Shown: positions 7,013 to 17,500, counted from the first letter of the stretch. The stretch: 64,000 nucleotides of DNA from a virus (IMGVR_UViG_3300024331_000007:64001-128000); one strand, 5' to 3'. Program-made: numbers and translations. Notes: generated by a model from the sequence alone, not told the origin.

Positions 7013-7558
7013 TTACTTGTTTCTAACAAATCTAGTAATTCCTAACTTGGAAAGAGCTTCCTGAACCATTTTAGTTTGACGAATGCAATCCTCAATGGAA
7101 TCGTGTGTGGCTTCTGGCGCTTCGATGTAAACCAAATCCAGTAATGTGCGGCTATCTCTTACCGCTCCATAACCCCAAGGAACTCCCTTACCGTATTCTG
7201 CAAAGATGTGAGTCAGTAGGGTAATATCCAGCGTCGGGCCTTGGCACCAAATTCTATTCTTCTGCCAGCAAAATTTAATGAGACTATCCAATGCTTCTGG
7301 TACTGGAACACGTCCTACATCATTGAAAATTTTCGCTTGTACTTCTGGCGAGCGCATAGTCCACCACCAACACGTATCGTCATCCTGACTTCTATGAGCC
7401 TGTTCGTCAAGGGACAGAAGCAAATCCAATTTTGGGTTTGTTGTAAAATCAGTAGTGATTTCAAATGGGTTGAACGCAATCGCAGAAATGCTCAAAATCT
7501 GGGCGTCGGGTTTTACGCCCATTGTTTCTATATCAATAGTTATATCAGTGAAGTTCAT
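7013..7558 (-). CDS. DEDDh 3'-5' exonuclease (Rv2179c / exonuclease VIII-like)
   Basis: IDIET, WCQGPTLD, RDSRT, HDSIEDC motifs. Confidence 0.8.
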   Translation of the reverse strand: MNFTDITIDIETMGVKPDAQILSISAIAFNPFEITTDFTTNPKLDLLLSLDEQAHRSQDDDTCWWWTMRSPEVQAKIFNDVGRVPVPEALDSLIKFCWQKNRIWCQGPTLDITLLTHIFAEYGKGVPWGYGAVRDSRTLLDLVYIEAPEATHDSIEDCIRQTKMVQEALSKLGITRFVRNK

Positions 7559-7572
7559 ATAACGATTATGAA

Positions 7573-8514
7573 TCAAACAAAGTTTGTTGTCAATTGATAA
7601 TATAGAAATTTCTCAAGTAGAACTGGAATGGTTTTATGGTCCCAATACGGAATGATAAGCAGAGGAATATTATTTTTAATACAATATGTTTCTTTGATTT
7701 TATCGCGCTCCTGAATTTGGCGAAACATTTCATCATCAGAAACAGATTTGCTGCCAAAATTGAATTTATCATAATGCTGTTTGCCATGAAATTCAATCAT
7801 CCCGCACAACTTTCCATTGCGAAATAATCCGAAATCGAATGGTAGTGTATTGACATTACGGCAATTCTTTATTCGATACTGTGGCTGAAACGAAATGCCT
7901 AATCTTTCTAGTTCTCTCCTAATTGATCGTTCGCCTTTAGATTCTCTACACGTAGGGCATCCTTGCCCATTTAGATGCGCGGATGGTTCTTGTTTGAAGT
8001 CTCCGTGCTTAGGACATACAATTAGAACTTTAGTATGCATATCAACGTAGACGCATTTTTCATATGAAAATTTTGAATTGTGTTTTTTATTACCTCTATC
8101 GATGAATATCGGCAGTGTCAATTTATCGTCGCGTCTTGCGCAAATCAGACACCCATATCCTTGTAAATGCGCCGTTGCTTCTTGCTTGAAATCTCCGTGA
8201 TCTGGGCAAGTTATGATTACAGAATTATTAGAGCCTGTGTAAGATGTTCTTTCGTAAGTAAATTTATAATGATGAGTTTTTCTTGCCTTCTCTATAAATT
8301 CTTGATTACTCATCTTTGAAGTTCCGCCGCATTTTGGACAACCTTGACCATTGATATGATTCTTTGGAAGTTGCCAGAAATCTCCGTGGGTCGGACAACC
8401 AATACAAATTTTGGTGTGATTATTGAGATAGACTACTTTATCGTAATTGTGTTTGTTCCGATGGGTAGGTTCTATCGACCCAATAAATTTTTGTAAGTTT
8501 GATCTACTAATCAT
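7573..8514 (-). CDS. Free-standing endonuclease: CxxHG/GCxxC zinc repeats plus C-terminal PD-(D/E)XK (Vsr/DUF559-like) domain
   Basis: Three CPxHGDFxQ...HxxGxGCxxC repeats; LPFDF...IEFHGKQHY...RDKIK...IPYW. Confidence 0.8.
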   Translation of the reverse strand: MISRSNLQKFIGSIEPTHRNKHNYDKVVYLNNHTKICIGCPTHGDFWQLPKNHINGQGCPKCGGTSKMSNQEFIEKARKTHHYKFTYERTSYTGSNNSVIITCPDHGDFKQEATAHLQGYGCLICARRDDKLTLPIFIDRGNKKHNSKFSYEKCVYVDMHTKVLIVCPKHGDFKQEPSAHLNGQGCPTCRESKGERSIRRELERLGISFQPQYRIKNCRNVNTLPFDFGLFRNGKLCGMIEFHGKQHYDKFNFGSKSVSDDEMFRQIQERDKIKETYCIKNNIPLLIIPYWDHKTIPVLLEKFLYYQLTTNFV

Positions 8515-8516
8515 AT

Positions 8517-9665
8517 CTATGAGTTTTGGTTTCCGCCTTCATCAATACGAAGCAATGTTGACAAGTTTTGAATAATCGGTTCAATGTTACCTGAGCTATT
8601 CGTAAAGGAATTTGCATTATTTACATACTTATCTCGCAAAGTTTGACCAGTGCCCGGTGTCAACGGAGTTCGTTGTTCAGTGCTTACATATTGCCAGATT
8701 GATCCAGAAAATCGGTATAATCTAGCCGGGAAATAGTCTTGTCTAAGTATATACTGGCCCACTGTGGGAGTCAATGGAAATTCATTAGCGACAGTGACCG
8801 GATAGCCATTTGCTGCTTCGCCGTTGTTCACCAAATGTCCTGTAAAACGTTGCTGAGGGCTTGATCCTACTGGCAATGTTCCCTTCTTTGGATTACCATC
8901 AACAAATAATGGTGCGTACAATGCATCCGTATTGTATCCGCTTTCTGGCACTTCAAATTCCGCCTGTTTTACAATCGCATCGTTCATTCCCTGATAAACC
9001 TGTCCTGAACTTGTGATATTGCCATATGTCGTTGTGTTTCCATTAACAATGATCGGGTTACCGTCAACTCCAATAACGGGTTGATTAAGAATGTCTTGAT
9101 ATTCTTGAGCATCGATCAATGGCGTACATTTCAAACGCCATAAATGACTCCACCAAGTAGGACTGAAACCCGCCGCTGGACGAGTTCCTTCCTGCACGAC
9201 ATAATAACGCTTCAATGCAACTGGAATAGTTTCATCCAGACTGAAAAACTCCTTCAAATTTGGAAGTTCCAGAACATCTCCGCTCATTAGCTTTCTGCCA
9301 AATGTATCAACCATGTTCTTTGTGTGCATGGTAATATAGAGCGTTCCTGCTGCAATCATTAAACCAAATTGGGTCAAATCCAAGTCCAAATCCTGAACAT
9401 TGTAATGGCAACGCAATCTATAAATGTCTTTGGCATACTTTCTATCGCGATTTTCCTGAAATAGCAAGTCTTGGATGTTCATTGCGCTCAAGTTTGGATA
9501 GATCGGTTGAGTGGCGTCATCCACGATGTTTGGATTTTCCGCTCCCAGATATTTGTGGACGTAGGTATCCACTCCCCCGACTGTGAACTGTTCGTAAACC
9601 AGTCTGTCGAACCAAATATAATCCAGCGCGGTTTTTTCATTCTTCCAAAGACTAATTCGTGGCAT
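8517..9665 (-). CDS. Neck / head closure protein, T4 gp14-like
   Basis: MPRISLW...EQFTVGGVDTYVHKYLG, DLLFQENRDRKY, GRKLMSGDVLELP; divergent from gp13. Confidence 0.7.
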   Translation of the reverse strand: MPRISLWKNEKTALDYIWFDRLVYEQFTVGGVDTYVHKYLGAENPNIVDDATQPIYPNLSAMNIQDLLFQENRDRKYAKDIYRLRCHYNVQDLDLDLTQFGLMIAAGTLYITMHTKNMVDTFGRKLMSGDVLELPNLKEFFSLDETIPVALKRYYVVQEGTRPAAGFSPTWWSHLWRLKCTPLIDAQEYQDILNQPVIGVDGNPIIVNGNTTTYGNITSSGQVYQGMNDAIVKQAEFEVPESGYNTDALYAPLFVDGNPKKGTLPVGSSPQQRFTGHLVNNGEAANGYPVTVANEFPLTPTVGQYILRQDYFPARLYRFSGSIWQYVSTEQRTPLTPGTGQTLRDKYVNNANSFTNSSGNIEPIIQNLSTLLRIDEGGNQNS

Positions 9666-9670
9666 ACCTG

Positions 9671-9693
9671 TATTTATCGATGGCTAATAAATA
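9671..9693. promoter_or_regulatory. Back-to-back T4-like late promoters
   Basis: ATAAATA on minus (9671-9677) and ATAAATA on plus (9687-9693) between divergent neck genes. Confidence 0.75.
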
Positions 9694-9713
9694 CAAAGAC
9701 ACATGGAGATACG

Positions 9714-10490
9714 ATGCCAGAAGAAATCAAAGGAAACGTTGTAGACCTTAATAAGCTCAAAAACAACCTATTCGACTATATCAAGCTGCGTTTGGGCGAC
9801 AAAATGGTTGAGGTTGAATTGGACCCTGAGCATTATGAGAATGCATTGACTCGTGCGGTTGAAGTGTTCCAAACTCGTAGTTCTGCGGCAGTTGAGGAGA
9901 GTTTTGCCTTTCTAAAAACCCAAAAAGATGTGCAGGTTTATACCCTTCCAGAAGAAATTCAGTATGTTCGTCAACTTTGGCGTCGTAATTTGGGTGATAT
10001 CGGAAACGCTGGCTCCCAGATTGATCCATTCAGCCAAGGATATTTGAATGTCTACATTTTGAATAGTGGACGTTCGGGTGGATTGCTCAACTATGAATTG
10101 TTCAAAGACTACGAATTTCAGGTTGATCGTATGTTTGGGGGTCAGATTGATTTCAACTTCAATTCGATTACTAAGAAACTTACTTTGATTCGTAAGACAT
10201 ATGGCAACGGTGAAACTATTCTGATGCAGACATACAACTTGAAACCATTGGTTCAGTTGCTTGTTGACTATCGTTCTCTCACTTTTATCAAAGAATATGC
10301 ATACTGCCTCGCAAAGCACTCTTTGGGAGAGGCTCGTGAGAAGTTTGGATCAATACCGGGACCGGGAGGCGGAACGACTCTCAATGGTGCTGCGCTCAAG
10401 GCAGAAGCAATGGCTGAAATGGATAAATTACACGAAGATATTTCGAATTTCCGATTTGGCGAAACTCCAACTGCATTTATTATTGGATAA
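9714..10490 (+). CDS. Neck / head-tail adaptor, T4 gp13-like (start revised to MPEEIK)
   Basis: YIKLRLGDKMVEVELDPEH, IKEYAYCLAKHSLGEAREKFGSIPGPGGGTTLNG; SD GGAG at 9705. Confidence 0.8.
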   Translation: MPEEIKGNVVDLNKLKNNLFDYIKLRLGDKMVEVELDPEHYENALTRAVEVFQTRSSAAVEESFAFLKTQKDVQVYTLPEEIQYVRQLWRRNLGDIGNAGSQIDPFSQGYLNVYILNSGRSGGLLNYELFKDYEFQVDRMFGGQIDFNFNSITKKLTLIRKTYGNGETILMQTYNLKPLVQLLVDYRSLTFIKEYAYCLAKHSLGEAREKFGSIPGPGGGTTLNGAALKAEAMAEMDKLHEDISNFRFGETPTAFIIG

Positions 10491-10534
10491 TGCTTGCAAT
10501 CAATTTCGTCTCATAGTAGACTAGGAACATATTC

Positions 10535-11119
10535 ATGAAAGTTGCAGAACTATTTGAGGGTGTGAACACCAATATTCTCGTTGTTGATGTTCAACCGGGA
10601 TACCGCCATCATTGTAATCGTATTGCTGGAAAGGTTTGCAATCTGCTAAACCAGCAATCAGGCAAGAAAGTTGTAATGTTCAACAGCGAAGAATTGACCA
10701 ACGACACGCTTGAGGATGTTCAGCAATACTACATGGATTATGACTTGGACCCTGAGTTGATTGAAGACGGTTCCATCAAGTTTGTGGAGAAGGAATATGC
10801 ATTTTTTCGAGATTGGATGGATAATGGTATTAGCGACCATATAATCATTAAAGTAGTCCGAGCAATGGTAATGCAAAGGGTTAATAGTAGTGAAGATTTA
10901 GATTTATCAGACATATTATATGAAGATGAACTTGAACAAGTTGATGATTTGGAAGGCGGCGCTATTTATTTACCATATTGGGCCAATATTGCCGAATTGA
11001 AACAACTGAGTCCGTTTTACATGTGTGGCGGTGGTCGTAAAGAGTGTCTGCGAGAAATCGAGCTAATCTGCAACGCATTCAACATTAGATACAAACGAAT
11101 AGATTCACTTATATATTAA
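10535..11119 (+). CDS. Isochorismatase-like cysteine hydrolase fold protein
   Basis: ILVVDVQP, EKEYAFF and GGGRKECL supply candidate D-K-C triad. Confidence 0.5.
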   Translation: MKVAELFEGVNTNILVVDVQPGYRHHCNRIAGKVCNLLNQQSGKKVVMFNSEELTNDTLEDVQQYYMDYDLDPELIEDGSIKFVEKEYAFFRDWMDNGISDHIIIKVVRAMVMQRVNSSEDLDLSDILYEDELEQVDDLEGGAIYLPYWANIAELKQLSPFYMCGGGRKECLREIELICNAFNIRYKRIDSLIY

Positions 11120-11128
11120 AAGGAACAA

Positions 11129-11782
11129 ATGATTATTGGTTTGAATGGCCTCATTGGGTCTGGAAAGGGCGCGGCATCGGATTATCTGCAAACAAAACAT
11201 AACTTCCAACATCTTAGTTTTGCAGATTCGTTAAAACATGCAGTTTCGGCGATTTTTGGTTGGTCGTTTGAAATGTTAAAGGGAGCGACACCTGAAAGTC
11301 GCGCATGGCGTGAGCAAATTGATCCGTGGTGGGCCAATAGGCTTAACATTCCTGACCTTACACCTCGTTGGATTCTACAACAATGGGGAACAGAAGTGGG
11401 CCGTCGCAGTTTTCATCCTGATATTTGGGTAGCAGCCCTCGAAAACAAGATTGTAAATTCGATAGGCGATTTTGTTATTGACGATTGCCGTTTTGCCAAC
11501 GAAATGGATATTATCCGTAAAAATAACGGAGCACTAGTTCGTATCAATCGCGGAGCATTGCCAGAGTGGTATGGAACTGCACTCAGTCAGTTGTCTCTTC
11601 AGAACGTTTATGGCAATGATCCAGATTATGTTGATGTGATGGCAACAAAATACCCCGATGTTCACGTAAGCGAATGGGGATGGGTTAACCAGCCTTTTAA
11701 CTATGAAGTGGAAAACAACGGAACACTGAAAGAATTACACGCCAAACTGGATGAAATCGTCGAAACCGAAGCGACCAAATAA
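11129..11782 (+). CDS. Deoxynucleoside monophosphate kinase, T4 gp1-like
   Basis: GLIGSGKG P-loop, SFADSLK, LQQWGTEVGR, DDCRFANE, HVSEW. Confidence 0.9.
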   Translation: MIIGLNGLIGSGKGAASDYLQTKHNFQHLSFADSLKHAVSAIFGWSFEMLKGATPESRAWREQIDPWWANRLNIPDLTPRWILQQWGTEVGRRSFHPDIWVAALENKIVNSIGDFVIDDCRFANEMDIIRKNNGALVRINRGALPEWYGTALSQLSLQNVYGNDPDYVDVMATKYPDVHVSEWGWVNQPFNYEVENNGTLKELHAKLDEIVETEATK

Positions 11783-11798
11783 GGTCGCTTTTGTTTTT
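11769..11798 (+). terminator. Intrinsic terminator
   Basis: AAGCGACC / GGTCGCTT followed by TTGTTTTT. Confidence 0.7.
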
Positions 11799-11884
11799 GA
11801 CCTCTATTTATCGAAAACCCCCAAAAATCAAAAATGACCTTTCAATCAATACCTCGTTAAACAGCCCTGTTTGATAGTAGATTG

Positions 11885-11891
11885 CTAAATA
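11885..11891 (+). promoter_or_regulatory. Late promoter CTAAATA for tail sheath
   Basis: Same hexamer precedes most structural genes; SD GAGGAG before ATG 11953. Confidence 0.65.
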
Positions 11892-11952
11892 TCTTCAGAC
11901 GCAGCATATAGTCCTGCATAAGGGACACATGTAAGTTTAACGAGGAGAATCC

Positions 11953-14900
11953 ATGAGCACACAGCAAATCTCACCGGGAGTTCAAGTAACCATTGTAGAC
12001 CAGACACAGTTCACGTCTGCTCCAGCGGGTACAGTCCCATTTATTCTTGTTGCAACTGCCGAGAATAAGCTAAATCAAAGCAACACTCTTGCTCAATTCA
12101 CAACTGCTAACACAGCAGGACAAATCTTTCTTGAAACAAGCCAACGTAGTTTGGTTAATGATTTCGGCGCACCAATTTTCGAGAATGTGCAGGGTACTCC
12201 AGTTAATGCCAGCGAACAGAATGAATATGGCTTGATGACAGCATATTCCTCTCTTGGTGTTAGCGATGCTGCATACATCATGCGAGCACCAATTGACTTG
12301 AACGTTCTTTCAGGTTCATTGACTGCTCCAGTTGGCAACCCACCAAACGGAACACTATGGCTTGATACAACAGCCACAAGCTGGGGACTATTCCAGTTTG
12401 ATGCTGCAACATTGACATTCCAGCCAATCGTTCCAACAAATGTTTCGGGTCAGGCAAAGTTGTTCGTTATCGATAACCCTGCTCAAACAACTGGAAACAT
12501 CAGCAGCCTACTTTCATTCTTGGGAGCAAACTGCCAGCCTCTTTCCTCAATCGGAAAGCCGGGGGACTATGCAATTGTTCCAGCAAACGACAGCAATCCA
12601 GTTTGGTTCCAGAATAGTTCTGGAGTTTGGGTTCTTGTTGGATCAAAGGCATGGCAGGATTCAGTTCCCGCCGTTGTTGGAACTGTTGCAAACCCAACAG
12701 CCGTCACAGGTAACTTGGTTATCAACGGGACAAACGTTGTGTTCTCATCTGCAAGTCTTTCATCAATTGTTGCGAACATTAATGCAGCGGCAATCGCAGG
12801 TGTAAATGCAGTTGCAGTTTCAAACCGCGTAGCTTTAACAGTTGATCTTCTTGCAAACGGAACTGGAAACGCAGTTGTTTCTGGTAACGTCACAGCTAAT
12901 ATTGGAATCACATCGGCTACTTACTTTGCTCCAGCCTATGAAGCAAGCCCATTCACACAGATTCCTCATTGGAATCCAACTGATCCAACACCAGAACCAA
13001 CAGGATCGGTTTGGTTCAACACAACGCCACAGCAGGAAGGCGCAAACATTATTGTTCGCGAATACGTGAGCAGCAGCAATTCATTTGTTGTCGAGAGCGT
13101 AACAATTGCAGATAATGATGCCGCCGTAAACCTAGTACTCGATCCAATTGGTGGAGGAATCAATATTCCAACTGGTTCGTTGTATCTTGAAACTGGCGCA
13201 TTCGGCTCAAATGCAGCATCTTTATTGCTTGAACGTATTGCAGGTGCCACAATCGTTACAGGAACAGTTGCAAATGCAGCCATTCTGAACGCTTCAACAC
13301 TCCAGATCAACACTGCTGAAGCGGGTGTCGGTTCCTTCTTGGGTAACGTCACAGTTACTGTTACAGGAACAGGCGCATCCAACCTTGTTGCCGCAATCAA
13401 CGCAGCATCAATCGTTGGAATCGGTGCAGGTTTGACAACAGATGGCAGAGTATTCATCGAAAATACAACAGGTGCAACATTCTTCCTATATGATGGAACC
13501 AATACTCCTTTGGCAACCGCTGGAATTACAGCACCTGCCAAGGTAAGTAACTGGGTAGCACCAGCTTATGTTGTGAGTGCAACCGCACCTACTGCTGATC
13601 CAGCAAATGGTTCAATTTGGTACTATGACGATCCAACTGTTGCTGATATTTTGGTTAACATTGGAAATGCATGGGCCAGCTATCGCACAGTTTCGGCTGA
13701 TGTTCGTGGTTTCAATTTGACCTTGACTGACGTAAACGGACCAATTGTTGCCTCCAGCGCACCATTGACACAAAGCAATGGTAATGCTCTTGCTTTCGGT
13801 GATCTTTGGATCAATACCTCTGATTTGAGCAATCTCCCAAGCATCTATCGATTCAGCACAGGTAATGTTTGGACTCAGATCAATAACACAGATCATACAG
13901 GCGCAAATGGAATTATCTTTGCTGATGCTCGTTGGTCTGCTTTCGGAAACGTCGATCCCGGTTTGGGAATTTTAACACCAATCAGCACATTGCTGACTGT
14001 TGCCCCTGCCGTTCTCGATCCAGATGCGCCAAGCTATGCTTTGTATCCTCGCGGTACATTGCTATTCAATACTCGTCGCAGCGGTTTCAACGTAAAGGAA
14101 TTTGAAACCAACTACTTTGCACCATCTAGCGGAGCGCAGTTCCTTGACACATGGGTAACTCTAAGTGGAAACAACGAAAGCGGAGTTGCTTTCCAAGGTG
14201 CTTCAGCACAACGCAATGTGGTTGTTAAGGCAATGATTTCAGCATTGGAGAATAGCTCACAGCTTCTTGATGAGTTTTACAACTTCAATCTTATGGCTGC
14301 ACCGGGCTATCCAGAATTGTTGCCAGCATTGGTTTCTATCAATGAAGCTCGTGGTGAAACAGCGTTCGTGGTAGCAGACAGTCCATTAACATTGGCTGCT
14401 AATGCAAATACCTTGAACACATGGGCCAACAATCTCAATCAGGCAACAACTGATGGAGTCGATGGCTTGACAACATTCTATGATTACGCTGCCGTTTACT
14501 ATCCAGCAGGTTTGACAACAGACTTGAGCGGCAACAACATCGTAGTTCCAAGCAGCTTCATGGCATTGCCAACAATTATCCAGAGCGATGCGGTTTCCTT
14601 CCCTTGGTTTGCACCAGCGGGAGCAAGACGCGGAGTTGTAACTAATGTTTCCTCTATCGGATATGTAGATGAGCAAACTGGGTCCTTTGTTACAAACAGC
14701 ATTTCGAAGGCATTGCGCGATATTCTATATCCTGCATTTGTAAATCCAATTACCAACTTTAATGCTGGTGGTGGAATCCAGATTTACGGACAGAAGACTC
14801 GCAGCGGTCAGAATACTGAACTAAGCCGCATCAACGTGGCTCGTTTGGTTATCTATCTCCGTCAGGCTTTGACTCAGATTGGTGGTCAGTATGTTTTCGA

Positions 14901-15156
14901 ACAGAATGATTCCATAACTCGTCACGGTATTGCTTTCCAGATTGGTGAGTTTCTAAAGAGCATTCAAGCTAAGCGTGGCATCACTGACTACGCAGTTGTT
15001 TGCGACTTGACGAACAACACTCCAGCGACAATCGACGCCAACGAACTATTCGTGGACGTTGCAATCGCACCAACCACAACAGCGGAATTTATCTATATTC
15101 CAGTAACTTTGGTTGGACAGGGTGTAATTACAACAAGCACAGTAACTGCTGGCTAA
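11953..15156 (+). CDS. Contractile tail sheath protein, gp18-like, with large insertion domains
   Basis: ISPGVQVTIVDQ start; FNLMAAPGY, AAVYYP, SFPWFAPAGARRG, IYGQKT, RINVARL, IDANEL motifs. Confidence 0.95.
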   Translation: MSTQQISPGVQVTIVDQTQFTSAPAGTVPFILVATAENKLNQSNTLAQFTTANTAGQIFLETSQRSLVNDFGAPIFENVQGTPVNASEQNEYGLMTAYSSLGVSDAAYIMRAPIDLNVLSGSLTAPVGNPPNGTLWLDTTATSWGLFQFDAATLTFQPIVPTNVSGQAKLFVIDNPAQTTGNISSLLSFLGANCQPLSSIGKPGDYAIVPANDSNPVWFQNSSGVWVLVGSKAWQDSVPAVVGTVANPTAVTGNLVINGTNVVFSSASLSSIVANINAAAIAGVNAVAVSNRVALTVDLLANGTGNAVVSGNVTANIGITSATYFAPAYEASPFTQIPHWNPTDPTPEPTGSVWFNTTPQQEGANIIVREYVSSSNSFVVESVTIADNDAAVNLVLDPIGGGINIPTGSLYLETGAFGSNAASLLLERIAGATIVTGTVANAAILNASTLQINTAEAGVGSFLGNVTVTVTGTGASNLVAAINAASIVGIGAGLTTDGRVFIENTTGATFFLYDGTNTPLATAGITAPAKVSNWVAPAYVVSATAPTADPANGSIWYYDDPTVADILVNIGNAWASYRTVSADVRGFNLTLTDVNGPIVASSAPLTQSNGNALAFGDLWINTSDLSNLPSIYRFSTGNVWTQINNTDHTGANGIIFADARWSAFGNVDPGLGILTPISTLLTVAPAVLDPDAPSYALYPRGTLLFNTRRSGFNVKEFETNYFAPSSGAQFLDTWVTLSGNNESGVAFQGASAQRNVVVKAMISALENSSQLLDEFYNFNLMAAPGYPELLPALVSINEARGETAFVVADSPLTLAANANTLNTWANNLNQATTDGVDGLTTFYDYAAVYYPAGLTTDLSGNNIVVPSSFMALPTIIQSDAVSFPWFAPAGARRGVVTNVSSIGYVDEQTGSFVTNSISKALRDILYPAFVNPITNFNAGGGIQIYGQKTRSGQNTELSRINVARLVIYLRQALTQIGGQYVFEQNDSITRHGIAFQIGEFLKSIQAKRGITDYAVVCDLTNNTPATIDANELFVDVAIAPTTTAEFIYIPVTLVGQGVITTSTVTAG

Positions 15157-15175
15157 ATCCTAAGGTTACGATAGA

Positions 15176-15203
15176 AGAGAGGCTGAATTTCAGCCTCTTT
15201 TTT
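15176..15203 (+). terminator. Intrinsic terminator
   Basis: AGAGGCTGA / TCAGCCTCT followed by T run. Confidence 0.8.
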
Positions 15204-15233
15204 ATGCTCATTTTCGAAATTTATGGTGATTGA

Positions 15234-15240
15234 CTAAATA
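15234..15240 (+). promoter_or_regulatory. Late promoter CTAAATA for tail tube
   Basis: Directly after terminator, before GGAG SD and ATG 15274. Confidence 0.65.
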
Positions 15241-15273
15241 CATGCAGAAGAAAATCTTCTGGAGAATAGAAAA

Positions 15274-15885
15274 ATGGCTACTGCATCGCTACTTAATTTC
15301 ACCGTTCCTCTCTCGGATATTGGAGAGGCAGCTAGTGGACAGGGCTTGATCATGCCAAAACTCAAGTACAGATTTCGTATTCTGTTCATTGGGTTTGGTG
15401 TTTCAACTGACACTACAGAATTGACTAAGCAGGTTATCGACTTCAAACGTCCTTCCGTAAAGTTCGATGAACAGGTCATTGATGTTTATAACTCCAAAGT
15501 ACACTATGCTGGAAAGCCAGCTTGGGACCCAACAACTGTAACCCTCCGTGATGATATGCTGGGAAACATTCAGTCGTTGGTTGGTCAACAGATGCAGCGC
15601 CAGTTCGATTTCTTGAATCAGGCTTCAGCTTCCTCGGCGTCTGATTACAAGTTCGAAATGCTCTGCCAGATGCTTGATGGTGGAAATGGACTCAGCGAAC
15701 CAACAATCCTCGAAACATGGGACTTGGTTGGTTGCTATGTTAGCAATGCTGATTATGATTCGCTTGATTACAAGACTTCAGACCCGGTAACAGTCAAGTT
15801 GAACATCGTATTCGATAACGCAATCCAGACTCAGTTTGGTATTGGTACTGCTGTTCCTCGTACCCTCGGCGTCCTAGCAACCTAA
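15274..15885 (+). CDS. Tail tube protein, gp19-like
   Basis: PKLKYRFR, YAGKPAWDPTTVTLRDD, WDLVGC, FDNA; follows sheath. Confidence 0.9.
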   Translation: MATASLLNFTVPLSDIGEAASGQGLIMPKLKYRFRILFIGFGVSTDTTELTKQVIDFKRPSVKFDEQVIDVYNSKVHYAGKPAWDPTTVTLRDDMLGNIQSLVGQQMQRQFDFLNQASASSASDYKFEMLCQMLDGGNGLSEPTILETWDLVGCYVSNADYDSLDYKTSDPVTVKLNIVFDNAIQTQFGIGTAVPRTLGVLAT

Positions 15886-15898
15886 TAGGAACGTTTTG

Positions 15899-15933
15899 AA
15901 AAGGCCCGTCTTTGTGATGGGCCTTTTTCTTTT
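15899..15933 (+). terminator. Intrinsic terminator
   Basis: AAAAGGCCCGTC / GATGGGCCTTTT plus T run. Confidence 0.75.
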
Positions 15934-15948
15934 GGGCTAAATAATAAT

Positions 15949-17178
15949 ATGGGAACTCTTGGATCAATTTTAAGCACAGGAATTAATGCTGTGAAGCGTC
16001 AGTCGTCTGACCACTTCACTACCTTGCGCGATTATCAACACGCAAGCAAGATTTTTCGACCAAATAACAGTTCTCTACTACCAAAAAGCAAAAATTGGTT
16101 TCATATTTTCTTTGAATTGGACCCAGCAGCAATTACAGCAGTAAATACTGCTCTTGCTGGAGCCGATGCTAACTTCAGAATCAATTGGGACCCAGATAAT
16201 TTGCCGATTCTCGGCATTCTGGCGAAAACAGTTAAACTACCCGGTTTTAAATTTGACGTTAAGAAAAACAACCAGTACAACCGATGGAGTCTGACAACGA
16301 CAAAGGTCAATTACGACCCCGTTGAGATAAGTTTCTGGGACGATACAGTCGATACGATTCGCGGATTTTGGTATGCGTACTATCAATACATGGTACAAGA
16401 CCCTAATTACGTCAGCTTCCAAGCCGCTCAGAGTCAGGGTATCGCAATTCCCTTTCAATGGATGCCAAGCATTCCTAATTTGGAGACTCTATATAGTACT
16501 CCATCAAATTGGGGAGTAAATTATGGCTTGGATACTGTCTCGTCTTCGGCAAACGTTAATGCTGTAGTGAGTTCTGCGCTGAACAGAACCAATCCATTCT
16601 TCAGAAGCATAAGAATTTACCAATTCAACCGTCAAACAAACGCCGATCCTTCGATTGGCCCACAATATTCAGAATATGTACTTGTAAATCCTGTAATTTC
16701 AAGTTTTGCCCATGATACTGTTGATTTTTCGTCTTCGGAATACATGCAAAACAAGATGACTGTAGAATTTGAAACGGTTCTTTACAATGCAGGCTTGGTT
16801 AATGATGATGAAATCGCAAGTTGGGATGCAGTGTTACAACGATTCTTTGATAACACGCCAAGTCCTCTGGCAGGAACAAATCCAAACCTTAACGAAGCAA
16901 ATCAATTGGGTTCTGTACTCGCATCTTCATTTGTTCTTGGAACGGAAGCAGTTCAATTGGGCAGGAATACAGGCCAAGCAACTACTGCAACAGTTTTGAC
17001 CGCAGCTATTGGCACGGCAACCACGATTGAATCAGCAATTAGCGGCCCTTCAAATCTTCAACTACAGGTTCCAACAGTTGTAGATGGTTATGGAACATCT
17101 GGTCAGCCGCCAAGTCTTCCAACACAGCTTATTCAGTCTGGAATTGTGCCGCTCATCGCTACAAAGGCAGGTGTGTAA
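15949..17178 (+). CDS. Tail-tube-like baseplate / tube initiator protein (gp48/gp54-like)
   Basis: LAKTVKLPGF...NQYNR...VNYDPVEISFWDD tube-fold pattern; synteny. Confidence 0.55.
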   Translation: MGTLGSILSTGINAVKRQSSDHFTTLRDYQHASKIFRPNNSSLLPKSKNWFHIFFELDPAAITAVNTALAGADANFRINWDPDNLPILGILAKTVKLPGFKFDVKKNNQYNRWSLTTTKVNYDPVEISFWDDTVDTIRGFWYAYYQYMVQDPNYVSFQAAQSQGIAIPFQWMPSIPNLETLYSTPSNWGVNYGLDTVSSSANVNAVVSSALNRTNPFFRSIRIYQFNRQTNADPSIGPQYSEYVLVNPVISSFAHDTVDFSSSEYMQNKMTVEFETVLYNAGLVNDDEIASWDAVLQRFFDNTPSPLAGTNPNLNEANQLGSVLASSFVLGTEAVQLGRNTGQATTATVLTAAIGTATTIESAISGPSNLQLQVPTVVDGYGTSGQPPSLPTQLIQSGIVPLIATKAGV

Positions 17179-17181
17179 ACT

Positions 17182-17493
17182 ATGGCAACCCTACAAACCA
17201 ACAATAATGCTATAGAACGCAACAGTTTTGATTATGCTCGGGCGTTCGCCGAGACTCAAAGTACCAATCCAACTATTGTAACTGAGTTGGAACAATCGTA
17301 TGTCCTTATTTCGCAGAATTTGGGGATCAGTGTATTCGACTTTATTCGGCTTTTAGAGAGTAAAGGCGATACGGCTCAGCAAGCAGTGTTTCTGGCTGCT
17401 CAATTAAACAGTGTTCGTCCTCGTAATGCTCTGTTGGGAGTGTCACCAACTAACAATACTCCAGCTTTTGTCTCGCGGGAGATAGCAGCATAG
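17182..17493 (+). CDS. Hypothetical structural-region protein
   Basis: 103 aa ORF in late operon. Confidence 0.6.
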   Translation: MATLQTNNNAIERNSFDYARAFAETQSTNPTIVTELEQSYVLISQNLGISVFDFIRLLESKGDTAQQAVFLAAQLNSVRPRNALLGVSPTNNTPAFVSREIAA

Positions 17494-17500
17494 GAGTAAC

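Noticed and set aside
9471-9713. N-terminal extension of gp13 in the ORF track
   Set aside because: Overlaps the divergent gp14 gene and both promoters; SD and promoter support ATG 9714. Similar over-extensions were trimmed at 27975, 35358, 39341, 43671, 47330 and in the array.
12093-14756. Many antisense or alternate-frame ORFs over the sheath gene and other long genes
   Set aside because: Shadow ORFs from codon bias with no RBS, promoter or recognisable motifs.
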